DNA of 64,000 bases from Felis catus (GCF_018350175.1 NC_058368.1:41232001-41296000), one strand, 5' to 3'. Positions 12,150-25,633 are shown, numbered from the stretch's first letter. Numbers and translations: made by a program. The notes: generated by a model not told the origin, from the letters alone.

Positions 12150-12590
12150 ACCAATCAACCAAGAAAAAATTATTAAACACCTACTATATGTCAGATAATA
12201 TTTTAGAAGTTTAGTTCTGGGAATGAATAAAATAGACAAAAATCTCTGCTATCATAGAGTTTATATTCTAGTAGGAGAAGACAAACAATAAACAAAATAT
12301 GCACTGTCAAATGATGGTGAATGCCTTGGAGAACATTAAGTGAGCGGTCTAGGACATTCTGGGTGTTTGCGTGCTTGTGCATGGAGGGTGGTTTGGAGCT
12401 TGTCTGCTCCATTCAAAAATGAGTAGAGGTGTAAGCAGGAGGTGAATAGTGGAAATCAGATCACACAGAGCCTCTAGGACATTGTAAGTCCTTGGCATTT
12501 TACTCTGAGCGACATTGAAGTGGCTGAACAGAGGGGTGCCTTGATCTAACTTAATTTTGTAAAAAGACCAGAGTAGCACTGTTGAAACGT
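12150..12590 (-). mobile_element. L2 LINE 3' fragment
   Basis: 'ttattaaacacctactatatgtcag...aatagacaaaaatctctgctatcatagagtttatattctagt' and 'cagatcacacagagcct...ggcattttactctgag' are typical reverse L2 3' sequence. Confidence 0.85.
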
Positions 12591-13085
12591 GGCAGAATTC
12601 TGCACACATTTTGATTTTGCATTTGAACTCATTTGATTAAGCATAATACAAACAATAAAAATTTAACCCATGTAGCCAAAGCCATCTGTGTGGTATGAAA
12701 ACATGTAGTAGGAATTATTATATTAAGTTTGTTTCACTGTGATGTATGCAAGAGACCATTAATTCTGTAACTTTTGAATTAATTTGGATAGTGTTATATC
12801 ACAGTAATAGCTGTGCACAATTCCATTGTCAATAAATTAGATAAACCTATTTCAGTTAAAGATTTCTTACATTTAAACTTTGTTATTTGCATTTTTCCTT
12901 TGTACTAATCATTAATAAAATTTCATAGAATTTGTGAAAATATAGGCACTCTTCCTATTCGAAATAAATACACAATATTTCCTAGTGGGTTTACACATAT
13001 CTAAATGGAAAATGTTCAATAAGTTATTTATATAATATGTCAATACTATATATTTTTCTAAAGATGTAAAAGATACCATATAATA

Positions 13086-13115
13086 ATGCTCACTTCAGCA
13101 GCACATATACTAAAA
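13086..13115 (+). pseudogene. RNU6: U6 snRNA 5' fragment retropseudogene (tailless)
   Basis: atgctcacttcagcagcacatatactaaaa matches 27/30 of U6 nt 1-30 (GTGCTCGCTTCGGCAGCACATATACTAAAA), all differences G>A, two at CpG. Flanked by direct repeats taaaagataccatataata / taaaagataccgtgtaatg. Confidence 0.9.
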
Positions 13116-13809
13116 GATACCGTGTAATGAAATAGGGGAAGAAATTGATTCAGAATCCCCTCTCGTATCACCGTAGTTCTATACTGAATTGTCCTTAGGT
13201 ATTCTAAGGTCTGTATATTGTGCCAAACAGCAAGCCTCATGAGAGTATTTGTGAGCTTTGATTAGGAGCCAGTATATAGCCGTTTTCATCTAATGCATCC
13301 CTATAGCGGGAAACCTAAAATGAGCGCACACTGTTATCTGTTCTGAAAACAACATACTATAATAACCAGAGGTCATCTTCCAGACAAGTCTATCAGCAGG
13401 AACGTTGGGGTCCAATGAGAATCCAACAGAGAAGCAGTGATGGCATGCAAGCTGCAAGCTGAGAACTTCTTCAGTTAAGTGTACTACAGTAGATTTGACC
13501 TTGCCTCTGGGTACCAACAAATTCATACTTTACATGAGCTATTTTATGTTAACCAAAGACTCAGTGATTCTCACTGTTTGGTTTTTTAGGTCTTAATGCT
13601 TTTCTGCAGCGTATCTCCTTTACAAGACATGATTATACAGTAGCAAAAAGCATTTAGAATATACACAAGAATGGATACCTGAGATGCAGTTTTTTTTTCA
13701 CAGTGATAGTTCCCCTTAACTTTCAAATTTCATGTGAATTTCAGCTCCCTTCTTGCTCTACTGCTGTGCAATTGTAAAGAAATGATGAATTTTTCATCAG
13801 TTGCTTTTT

Positions 13810-14000
13810 TATTATAGTACAGGTAATGGGTCACTGGAGTAGAAATCAAAATAAATAATTACTTATTTTGGTCTTGTGAATTACTACCCATGTGACCTTG
13901 GGTAATCTCTTTGACCTACAGTTTTTTTAGTTTATAGAAAGAAGACAAAATACTGGTCTTGTTTATCTCACAGAGGTAGGGTAAAATATTTTTTAATTGT
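13810..14000 (+). mobile_element. MIR fragment
   Basis: 'ttactacccatgtgaccttgggtaatctctttgacctacagttttt...tatctcacagag' MIR core. Confidence 0.65.
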
Positions 14001-14735
14001 AGGATGTTAACATGCGAAAGGTGTTTTAAGTACAGATATTTTTGGTTTGTTTTTTGCTATGTATGTCATGTGTAAAGCCAGTCCTTAATTGAGTAATAAA
14101 ATGTGATGTTTTTCAAACATAAAATGCATTTCACTTGTTTCAGATATTATCCAGGGTAAACTTGATGAATGTCTTCCATAGACCCTGAGCTTTGGATTTC
14201 TCCTCAACTCCAGCATTAAATATCTGACATTATTACTAGCTACTCTATTAGTTGGTGGTTTAAAAATTAGCTTTTTGAATAAATTAATAAATGTGTAATT
14301 AAATTAATAAGTTATTCATTTTTTCTTCAATACATATATTTACTTATCAATTCAAAATTATGGATGAATACTATAGAATTCATATATTGATGAATCAATT
14401 TAAAGTGCCTATTTCTGTATAAAAGTTTGAGGTTTATCTATTTTTTTAGACTAGCATCTACATTTTTATTCTATTTATTTTCAGTAAACTATTAAGCAGG
14501 CTTTTATTTTATTGTACACATATTCATTGTCTGATTTCCTGCTCCAAAAGAGTTTAGAGATCATTTCATAAATCTATGCTTTCTCAAGTTTTCATGTGAC
14601 TGTATTGTTCCAAATAACTAACAGTCACTAGAAAAACCATTTAAACCATCTGTAAAAAATTGATATAGTTTCTGAGATAAATAAAGAAATATATAATGAG
14701 AGGGTTGATTTCCATTGAAAGTTGGGTGATTCCTT

Positions 14736-14902
14736 TTTTAAAAAAATTTTTTCATGTTCATTTATTTATTTTTGAGAGAGAGGAGAGGCAGAGAGAGAGA
14801 GTGCAGAGCCCAATGTGGAGCTCAAACGCACAAACTGTGACATCATGACTTGAGCCAAAACCAAAAGCCTGATGCTTAACAGACTGACCACCCAGGTGCC
14901 CC
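14736..14902 (-). mobile_element. Can-SINE with internal deletion
   Basis: Reverse head accacccaggtgcccc. Perfect 19-bp TSD gaaagttgggtgattcctt (14717-14735, 14903-14921). Confidence 0.97.
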
Positions 14903-15512
14903 GAAAGTTGGGTGATTCCTTAAGATGATAAATGATTTTATTTTCTATCTTTCTGGTTAGTTGACATAATGGCACATAGCCATGACACTATCCATCAATT
15001 GATGACTAATTGAAAATTTCTAATCAAAAAATGTCATTGTGAATAAATACATCTCAACAAGAAATATGAGGAAAGTGTACGAATACCTATTCTGCAGGAT
15101 TATGTGAATATGTGTTAAAATAGAGCACAGACAGTATTTGTCAGAGATGACATTTCCGTTTGACACAGAACAAATTCTGTTAGGTACAAAAAGGGGTCAA
15201 TTTTATCCTAGGACCACCTGTCCAGATTGAATGAATAATTTCCTTTTTAATATACATAAATGTAATATTTAAGTATACTAGTAAAGTCATGTTATGTTTT
15301 ATAATGCTTTACAGCATTTCCAAGTTTTTCCCCCTTAGATGAGTAAATTCACTTCTAGTTTTAACTAAATGTGTAATAACCACCAGCAAACTCCTGACAA
15401 AATATGATTAAATACTGAGACCAATAGATTTCTGGCAAAATATGTGTCATTTTCCTATTTATATAGGTCTTAATGTGACTACTTAGAAACCCTCAAATTG
15501 AGAATTGTGTTA

Positions 15513-15620
15513 GTGTATATATGTATGTGTGTGTGTATATATGTGTGTGTATACATAAATATATATATATATACACACATAAATATATATATACACACAC
15601 ACATACATGAGTACACGCAC
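15513..15620. repeat. Compound (TG)n/(TA)n/(CA)n microsatellite
   Basis: Directly visible alternating purine-pyrimidine tract with TG and CA arms. Confidence 0.95.
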
Positions 15621-18204
15621 AAATATGATTTTTCTAAAAACATCTGTTTGCTTGTGGAATTGTAACACATGCTACCTGTCACCTCCAGAGATTATGTCCC
15701 AACAGTATTGAAAATCAAGAGACTTGGAAGATACCCATACGTTAATGGAGAGAGGAAGAGAAATTTGAGCAGTAATAAATAATTTGTTTAATCCTGTTCA
15801 GTTATGAGGACAGCTGGTTCAGAAACTAAGCTGATCTCTGAATTAGTTTTGGTGTGCTTAGGTAAATTAGCTTGAAAAGAGCAGAAATAGCTTCCAAATT
15901 GACATCATTTAAGTCCCTTTATAACATATTTGATCTTCTCTACCATTTGCTCCCCTGTGCAGTTATTGATATAATACCTGAAAAAAAATTATTCCCAATA
16001 TGTATTTTATTACCATTGATTATAGATTTTAGAAATTTAAACCACAGTATAAACCTGTCATAAAAATAATGACTAGTTATTTGATAAATAAAACTTTTTT
16101 TCAAACTTCAAAATTAAAAAAATTCTATTTCTCTGTTTCTAAAGAATTTGATTCTGTGTATGAGTTGTGGTGGAATAACAGACCATTTCTTTTCACTTGA
16201 TATGGCTCCAAAAGCTTCTAATATGATCTAAACCACAGAAACTTCCTTTTTATAAACTATCATAATGTTTAATATACCTATTACGTTTATCAGGGAAATT
16301 AGTTTTTTGATGGCTTTTGAAGAGAAACGTTTTAAGTGTAATCAATGAAAACAATCTCAAAATACTGTCATAATCGATATGATTTTCAAAACAAAATGCC
16401 ATCGCTGATATTCATTGTAAAATGTAACTCATATGTAGAAAAATTGTCTTCCAGTGAGTACATATCAATGTTCAGAACACAATTATTTTAAGTTTTCAGA
16501 GATTCATTTATTCATTTTTATGTGATTAGGGGAGTTAGGAGTTTTGCTTATCTTGATAAGATGATACAATTGATTTGATAATTACTTAGGACTATTGTGC
16601 TGTGAATGGAAGTCATTATGTAGAAATGTTTTTTTTGTGTGATAAGCAAAAATAACACCTCAGTAACACCATATGCGTGCCTTTTAATTAAATTTGATTA
16701 AACAACCTTCAATTAAACTGTTTTCCTTTATACACACATTTTTCTTCTTAATTATTTTGAAATATTCTAAATTATTTCTGATGATACATAAATCTTTCAA
16801 ATTTGGCCATAAATCTCATTTAAAATATTAAATTTACAATATAATTTGTATAAAGGAAATATGCCTTGAAGCAAAAATATAACTCTTCTGAATTTGGAAG
16901 GCCATGGGATTTTTTTGGCATAATTTTTTCTAAAGCACCTGTGGCATTAGCTGTCATTTTTCTATTAGAGTTTGTAGTATAAGAACTCAATACTTATTTT
17001 TCCTCATGGATCCACTCCGGACAAGTGGTTAGTTTTTCAAGTCACAGGGCCCCAGTTTTGCAAAAGACTCATTCAAGAATGAATACCTTTCAAACAAAGA
17101 TGAAAACTTGGTTGCAATGACTAAATGTTATCATAATGAAAATTTTCTATAACTCTTGAGATAAATTTTTGTCACTTTAACCATTTTTTGGTTGTCGTTT
17201 GATTTAATCCTCAATCCTTAGTGATTTATTTCTTGTAACATTGCAGTAAAAACTCCCTTAATGTAAAAAATTTATGAGGATTGGTACACATCTCTGGAAT
17301 TTCAGTTTCTTTTGGCTACTACATATGGGCAATCTATCTTAGGAGACATTCCTGGGGATGTCATTATTCATGTTATGCTACAGAAATAATTGCCAGAGAT
17401 TTTGACTCAAAACATGGGCCCTAGAGAAAATGGTTTCAAATGAGACTAACTCTGACTCTAATTACACATAATTTAATTTTTCTGAATTTCATAAATCTTA
17501 AATGTAAAATGAAAATGATAATTCTTACCTTACATTAAGAATAATGTTTCTAAAGGACATGACATATAATTGCACATAGTTTTCCTTCACTTTCCTCTTC
17601 AGGTAAAACCATATTTTGTTCTAATTTATTTTTTAAGTACATATAGCTTTTTTTTCCTTGATACATAAATTAAATTTATTAAATTATAGAATAGGATAAA
17701 CATCACATTGACTCTTAAGAAGACTAGGCATTGTTTCTGCTTTGTAAAAATCAGGGAACCTTAGCCTTATACCATCAGTGTAAAGTTAAAGGAAAGACAT
17801 ACGTTTAGACTTTTAAGGCTGAGTTTTACTAGGGAGATATGTATCAAGAACTTAGGTTTAAAAAGTGAAGATGATAAACAAAATATAGATATAAAACAAT
17901 TGATTATCAGCTGTGAAAATTGTGCTAATAAAAAAGTGGCTAAGCTATTAGAAGTCTAAGGATAAAATGAGTAAAATATATTAGATTAAGTGCCTTCACT
18001 AGGTAGACATTTTATGTTGTTTAGTACTTGCCTCTATGTGGTATTTCTTGTTGATTTAGTAATATTGTGGGGATTCTTATACAGTTGGCTATAAATTGCT
18101 TATTGGTGGAGGTAGGGGTGTTAAGCATGAGCGCACAGTGAGCAGTCATAAATCCTGGAGAGAATATAAGGAATGGAGCACTGCTATAACAAGACAACAG
18201 GAAG

Positions 18205-19010
18205 AGCAACTTCCAGAATGGTGATGTGAGGAGTTCTGTAGACCCTCTCCCAGCAAAACAAACTTAACTGGTGAAAATTATTAAAAGCAAAACAAAACAT
18301 ACAACCATTTAAAGTCCTTGGGAATTGTTCTAAGGGCATGGAGCAGATTAAGAAGTATTCATGAAGGAAATCTACTAAATCTCACTAAGAATTTGAGCTC
18401 ACTCGCTTCTCCCATCAGTTCATTCATTGTATTGGAAGCTATAATACTGGTTGGAACATTCAAGATAACAGTGCTGGCTTTTCCCCTATATACCAGATAA
18501 GAGGTAATTTATCTGCACAGAAAGCCAAAGCCACCAGCTTTTCTCACTCCCACAGCTTCCTGTTTTGGAAGTTCTATTCCAAGCAAGATAATCTGAGCCA
18601 CCCAGGACTCCTTTCTCCATCCAGCTCCCACTCCTAGGGCAGAGATTCCAAACTGAGCACACTGCAGTCTCAGTCACCCTTACTCATAGTGCGTAGGTTC
18701 CACAAAAGGAGAGTAAACCTGAGAGGAGTGGAGGCTAATGCCCTGGACCAGCAAACCAACAAGCAAATATCCATACACCCATCTCCAGAGCAGCAGCATG
18801 GAGGTTATGACCCGAGGGAGAGGCAGCCTAAAAGAACAGAAAGTTTGGAAGTTCTCAATAAAAATAACCTTATTTGAAAAAGAGTGTGGAGATGTCAAAA
18901 CCAATAGAGACTTTGGTAATAATTAAGGATTAGCATGTCAGTCTATGAAAGCAAGTACTTTAGGTCATCCAGAATTTTAACAGAGAACCAAAGAAAGAGC
19001 CAGCTAAGAG
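18205..19010 (+). mobile_element. Old L1 5'UTR-like segment (L1M type)
   Basis: Starts 'acttccagaatggtgatgtgaggagttctgtagaccctctcccagcaaaaca...actggtgaaaattat', resembling eutherian L1M 5' ends. Confidence 0.6.
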
Positions 19011-19019
19011 AGATTGTTC

Positions 19020-19550
19020 TATAAGGATTGGTATGTTTTCTAGTAGAATTGACATCTTTATTATTCTTTATCTCTGATGCCTCTCTTTATCTCTGATAAC
19101 TTGTTGCTCTTAAGTCTATCTTGTCTGAAATTACTTATTCTTTCTTTTGATTAGTGTTAGCATTGTGTGTCTTTTTCTATACTTTATTTTCAATCTATAT
19201 GTGTCTATATTTAAAGTGGCTTCATATTGGCAATATATACTTGAATCTTTTTTTTTTATCCACTCTGGAAATGTCTTTTGTTTGATGCATGTAGATCATT
19301 GATGTTTAAAATGATTTTTAATATATAGTTGGGATAATATCTACCCTATTTGCTACGCTTTTCTATTTGTTACCTTTTTTCTGTTTTTTTGTCTTGTACA
19401 GTTTTTCTGCCTTTTGTTGTTTTAATTGAGAATTTTATATAATCCCATTTTTTTTTCCTTTTTAGCCTTTGAATTACACTTCCTTTTTTAAACTTTTTTA
19501 GTGGTATTCTGGAGTTTGCAATATACATTTAAAATGAACACAAAACTACT
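19020..19550 (-). mobile_element. Old L1 ORF2 endonuclease-start/inter-ORF fragment, inverted
   Basis: Reverse complement contains 'aatcattttaaacatcaatgatctacatgcatcaaacaaaagaca', the IITLNINGLNxPIKR-like ORF2 start. Confidence 0.8.
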
Positions 19551-19740
19551 TTTCAATTTTTTTAAGTTATTTATTTATTTTGAGAGAGAGAATATGAGCA
19601 AGGGAGGGGCAGAGAGGGAGAGAGAGAGAATCCCATGAAGGCTCCGTACTGTCAGCACAGAGCCTTCTGTTTGAGGGGCTCAAACCCACAAACTGTGAGA
19701 TCATGACCTGACCCGAAATCAAGAGTCAGATGCTTAACTC
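19551..19740 (-). mobile_element. Can-SINE lacking its 5' head
   Basis: T tail, (GA)n and body present. It ends at 'gatgcttaactc' without the gagccacccaggcgcccc head and has no right-hand TSD. Confidence 0.93.
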
Positions 19741-22700
19741 ACTCTAAACATCAATGGACTAAATGCTCCAATCAAAATACATAAGGTAACAGAATGGTAG
19801 GAAAACAAGATCCATCTGTATGATGTTTACAAGAGACCCATTTTGGACCTGAAGACACCTTCAAATTGAAAGTAAGGGGATAGAGAACCATCTGTCATGC
19901 TAATGGTCAACAAAAGAAAGCTGGAGTAGCCATACTTATATATCAGACAATCTAGATTTTAAAATAAAGACTGTAACCAGATGAAGAAGGGCATTATATA
20001 ATAATTAAGGAGTCTATCTACCAAGAGGATCTAACAATTGTGAACATTTATACCCCCAATGTATAAGACCCCAAATATATAAATCAATTAATCACAAACA
20101 TAAAGAAACTCACTGATAATAATACCATAATAGCAGAGTACTTACAGTAGTGGACAGGTCATCTAAGCAGAAGAATCAACAAGGACACAGTGGCTTTGAA
20201 TGACACACTGGACCAGATGGACTTAACAGATATATTCAGAACATTTCATCCTAAAGCAGCAGAATACACATTCTTCTCCAGTGCACATGGAACATTCTCC
20301 AGAATAGACCGCATACTGGGAAACAAATCAGCCCTCAATAAATACAAAAAGATCGAGATTGTACTGTACCTGTTTTCAGACCACAACGCTATGAAAACTA
20401 GAAATCAACCATAGGAAAAAATTTGAAAAGACAACAAATACTTGGAGATTAAAGAACATCCTACCAAAAAATGAATGGGTTAAAGAAGAAATTAAAAAAT
20501 ACATGGAAGTCAATGAAAATGATAGCATGGCAGCCCAAAATCTTTGGGATACAGAAAAGGCAGTCATAAGAGGGAAGTATATAGCAATACAGGCCTTCCT
20601 AAAGAATGATGAAAGGCCTTAGATATACAACCCAAACGTACATCTTAAAGAGCTGGAAAAAGAACAGCAAATAAAAACCAAAACTAGCAGAATATGGAAA
20701 ATAATAAAAGAGCAGAAATCAATGCTATCAAAATAATAATAAAAAAAACAGTAGAACAGATCAGTGAAACCAGAAGCTGGTTCTTTGAGAGAATTAACAA
20801 ATTGATAAACCCCTAGTGAGTTTGATCAAAAAGAAAAAGGAAAGGACCCAAATAAAATCAAGAATGAAAGAGGAGAGATCACAGCCAACACTGCAGAAAA
20901 TCTGAACAATAATAAGAGAATATTAGGACCAATTATGTGCCAATAAACTGGGCAATCTGGAAGAAATGGACAAATTCCTAGAAACATATACACTACCAAA
21001 ACTGAAACAGGAAGAAATGGAAAATTTGAACAGACCCATAACCACTAAAGAAATCGAATCAGTATTCAAAAATCTTCCAAAAAAACAAGATTTCAGGGCC
21101 AGATGGCTTTCCAGGTGAATTCTACCAAACATTAAGGAAGAGTTAACACCTATTCTTTTGGAGCTGTTCCAAAAATAGAAATAGAAGGAAGTAGAAATAG
21201 AAATGGAAATGGAAGAACAAATAGAAATGGAAGGAAAACTTCCAAACTCATTCTATGAGGCCAACATTACCTTGATTCCAAAACCAGACAAAGACCCTAC
21301 TAAAAAAGAGAACTACAGACCAATTTCCCTGATGGACATGGATGCAAAAATTCTTGACAAGATATTACCCAACCAGATCCAACAATACATTAAAAGAATT
21401 ATTCACCATAATCAAGTGGGTTTTATAACTGGGATGCCATGGCTGAACCATGGCTGGTTTAATATCTACCAATGAATTAATGTTAATTGATTAATACACC
21501 ATATTAATAAAAGAAAGAAAAAGAACCACATCATCCTCTTAATAGATGCAGGAAAAGCATTTGACAAAATACAGCATTGTTTCTTGATACAAAACCCTCA
21601 AGAAAGTAGGACTAGAAGGATCATACCTCAAGATTATAAACACCATATATATCATCCTCAATGGGGAAAAACTGAAAGCTTTCCCCCTAAGGTCAGGAAC
21701 AAGACAGGGATGTCCACTCATGCCACTGTTACTCAACATAGTACTGGAAATCCTAGCCTCATCAATCAGACAACACAAAGAAATAAAATGCATCCAAATT
21801 GGCCAGGAGGAGGTCAAACTTTCACTCCTCACAGACAACATGATACTCTGTATGGAAAACTCAAAAGATTCCACCAAACAAATGCTAGAATTGATTCATG
21901 AATTCATCAAAGTTGCAGGATATAAAATCACGGAAATTGGTTGCATTTCTATATATCAATAATGAAGCAGTAGAAAGAGAAATCAAGGAATTGATACCAT
22001 TTATAATTGCACCAAAACCCATAAAATATCTAGGAATAAACCTAACCAAAGAGGTGAAAAATCTATACACTGAAAACTATAGAAAGCTCATGAAAGAAAT
22101 TGAAGAAGACACAAAAAATGGAAAAAATGTTCCATGCTCATGATTGGAAGAACAAATATTGTTAAAATGCTAATACTACCCAAAGCAATCTATGTATTCA
22201 ATGCAATCCTTATCAAAATAAAACCAGCAGTCTTCACAGAGCCAGAACAATCTTAAAATTTGTATGGACCCAGAAAAGACCCCAAATAGCCAAAGTATCC
22301 TGAAAAGAAAACCAAAGCTGTAGGCATCACAATTCCGGACTTCAAGATGTATTACAAAGCTGTAATCATCAAGACAGTATGGTGCTGGCACAAAAACAGA
22401 TACACAGATCAATGGTACAGAATAGAGAACCCAGAAATAGACCCACAAATATATGGCAAAATAATCTTTGACAAAACAGGAAAGAATATCCAATGGAATA
22501 AATACATTCTCTTAAGCAAATGGTGTTGGGAAAACTGGACAGCGACATGCAAAATAAAGAACCTGGGCCATTTTCTTACACCACACTAAAAAATAAACTC
22601 AAAATGGATGAAAGACCAATCGTAAGACAAGAAACCATTAAAATCCTAGAGGACAAAGCAGGCAAAAACCTATTTTACCTCAGCCACAGCAACTTCTTAC

Positions 22701-23850
22701 TCAACCTGTCTGTGGAAGCAAGGGAAACTAAAAGAAAATTGAAGTATTAGGACGTCATCAAGATAAAAATCTTCTGCATGTCAAAGGAAACAATCAGAAA
22801 AACTAAAAGGCAATCGATAGAATGGGAGAAGATATTTAAAAATGACATATTAGACAAAATGTTAGAATCCAATATCTATTAAGAACTTATTGAATTCAAC
22901 ACCCCAAAAAAACAAACAAATGAAGAAATGGACAAAAGACATGAATAGACACTTTTCCAAAGAAGACATCCATATGGCTAACAGACACATGAAAAGATGC
23001 TCAACATCACTCATTATCAGGGAAATACAAATCAAAACCACAATGAGATGCCACCCTATACCTGTCAAAATGGCTAAAATTAACAACTCATGCAAGGGCA
23101 GATGTTGGTGAGGATGTGGACAAAGAGGAACACTTCTGTACTGCTGGTGGAAATGCAAACTGGTGCAGCCAGTCTGGAAAACAGTATGGAGGTTTCTCAA
23201 AAAATTAAAAATAGAACGACCTTAAAATTCAGCAGTAGTCCTACTAGGTATTTATCCAAAGGATACAGGTGTATTGTTTCAAAGGGGCACATGCACCCCA
23301 ATGTTTATAGCAGCATTATTGACAATAGCTAAAGTATGGAAAGAGCCCAAATGTCCATTCACAGATGAATGGATAAAGATGTGGTATGAGTATACATGTG
23401 TATATATGTATATACACACAATGGAGTATTACTCAGCAATCAAAAAGAATGGAATTTGCCATTTGCAACAAGGTGGATGGAACTAGAGGGTATTTTGCTA
23501 AGTGATAATAGTCACTCAGAGAAAGACAAATACCATATGACTTAACTCATATGTGGAATTTAAGATATAAAACACATGAACATAAGGGAAGGGAAGTAAA
23601 AGCAATATAAAAACAGGGTGACAAAACACAAGAGACTCTTAAATACAGAGAACAAACTGAGGGTTGCTGGAGGGGTCATGGGTGGGGGAGTGGGCTAAAT
23701 GGGCAAGGAGCATTAAGGAAGACACTCACTGGGATGAGCACTGGGTGTTATATGTAGGGGATAGGTCACTGGATTGTGTTCCTGAAATCATTATTGCACT
23801 ATATGCTAACATACCTGGATGTAAATTAAAAAGTAAATTAAAAAAAAACC
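19741..23850 (+). mobile_element. Carnivore/felid L1, near-complete but disrupted ORF2 plus 3'UTR
   Basis: ORF pieces give EN (TLNINGLNAPI; MDLTDIFRTFHP; HGTFSRIDRILG), Z/RT ([26 protein letters not shown]; catalytic FADD motif degraded to LTDN) and C-terminal [11 protein letters not shown]. Many stops and frameshifts, G-rich 3'UTR and A tail. Confidence 0.97.
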
Positions 23851-23939
23851 AAAATTTTAAAAATACAATATTCTGCAATGAGAAAAAAAATGTTTTCTCA
23901 GCCATTTTCAGTCTACTAATAATACCTTCAAAGACATTT

Positions 23940-25500
23940 CTGTTATAATGTATGCTACAAAGCTACAGCAATAAAGAAAATATGTTGTTGGTATAAGAAC
24001 AGACAAATGAATCAATGGAACCAGATAGGGAACCCAGATATATTCCTATATGAATATAGTCATTGATCTTTAACAGAAGAGCAAAGCTAATCTCTTCATC
24101 AAATGGTGCTGGAACAACTGGACATCCACTTATAAAAAAAGAAAAAAAAAGTATATCCTTTATGAATATTAACTGTAAATGGACATAGACCTAAACCTAA
24201 AATGTAAAACCATATAACTCCTCCAAGACAACAAAAGATAAAGTCTAAATGACTCTGTGTATGGTGATGACTCTTCAGATACAACACGAAAGGCACAATC
24301 CATGAAAGAAATAATTGACAAGCTAGACTTCATTAAAATTAAAAACTGGTGTTCTGTGAAAGGCATTGTTAAGAAAATGAAAGTCATACCAAAAATTAGG
24401 GAAAAAATGTTCGTAAAGACACATCTAATAAAGGATTGTTATCAAAATATACAAAGAACTCTTAAACTCAACTGTGAGAAAATAACCCTAGCAGCAAATG
24501 AATAAAACACCTTAATAGAAACCTCACCAAAGAATATATACAGAAGGCAAATAAGCCAATGAAAAGATGTTAAATATCATGTCATTAGAATATTTCAAAT
24601 TAAAACAATGAGATACTACTATATACCTCCTAGAATGTCCAAAATCCAAAACAGTGAAAACACCAAATGCTGGGAAGGATGTGGAGTAGTAGAAACTACC
24701 ATTCATTGCTGATGGGAATGAAAAAATAGTACAGCAACTTTAGAATACAGTTTGGTGATTTCTACAAAACTAGAAATACTCTTAACATATGATCCAGCAA
24801 TCTGGCTTCTTAGTATTTACACAAATTGAAAACTAATGTCCATAAAAATATGCATGCTTATGTATACAACAGCTTTAATCATAATTGCTACAAATAGGAA
24901 GCAACCAAAGTGTCCATCCATAGGTGAATGAATAAATAAACTGTGGTACATTCAGACAATGGAATATCATCCAGTACTGCAAAGCAATGACCTCAAGCCA
25001 TGAAAAGACATGGAGGTACTTCAAATGCATATTACTATGTGAAAGAAGTCAATATGAACAATCTACATACTCTATGACTCCAGCTTTACAACATTCTGGA
25101 AAAGGCAAAGCTATAGAGGTTGTACAAAGATCAGTGGTTCCCAGGGGTTGTTTGATGAAGGAGGAGGAGGGGAGAGATGAGTAGGCAGAGGCACAAAAGC
25201 TTTTTAGGGAAGTAAAACTACTCTGTATGATACTATAATGGAACATACATGTCATTATGCATTTATCCAGATCAATAAAATGTACAATAACAAGAGTATA
25301 AACTCTATTATAAATTTGGGTGATATGATGTGTAAATGTAGATTCATCTATCTTAGTAAATGTGCCACTATGTTGGGAGATGTTGATAATAGGAGAAGTT
25401 GTATGTACAAAGGGACAGGGAGTTTATAGAAACTCTGTTAACTTTTGCCCAATTTTGCTGGATACTTAAAATTGTACTTTAAAATGTTTATTAATTTAAA
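23940..25500 (+). mobile_element. Old L1 (L1MC-like) ORF2 3' part and 3'UTR
   Basis: KEIIDKLDFIKIKNWCS ORF2 remnant. 3'UTR 'caagccatgaaaagacatggagg...aaatgcatattactatgtgaaagaag...ttctggaaaaggcaaag' is typical of L1MC. Confidence 0.9.
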
Positions 25501-25633
25501 AATCCTCAATATTACTTCATTTAGTGTAATTGACTGAGTCACCCTTAATTTAAGGGGCTACTGTTACATAGTGAGAAGCAGAACTGCCTTTAATAAACAA
25601 CTAGCTTTTAAGTGTGTTCTCATTGCATTATAC

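Noticed and set aside
12314..12326. ggtgaatgcc, matching the 3' end of miR-124
   Set aside because: 10-nt match inside an L2 element, with no seed and no hairpin.
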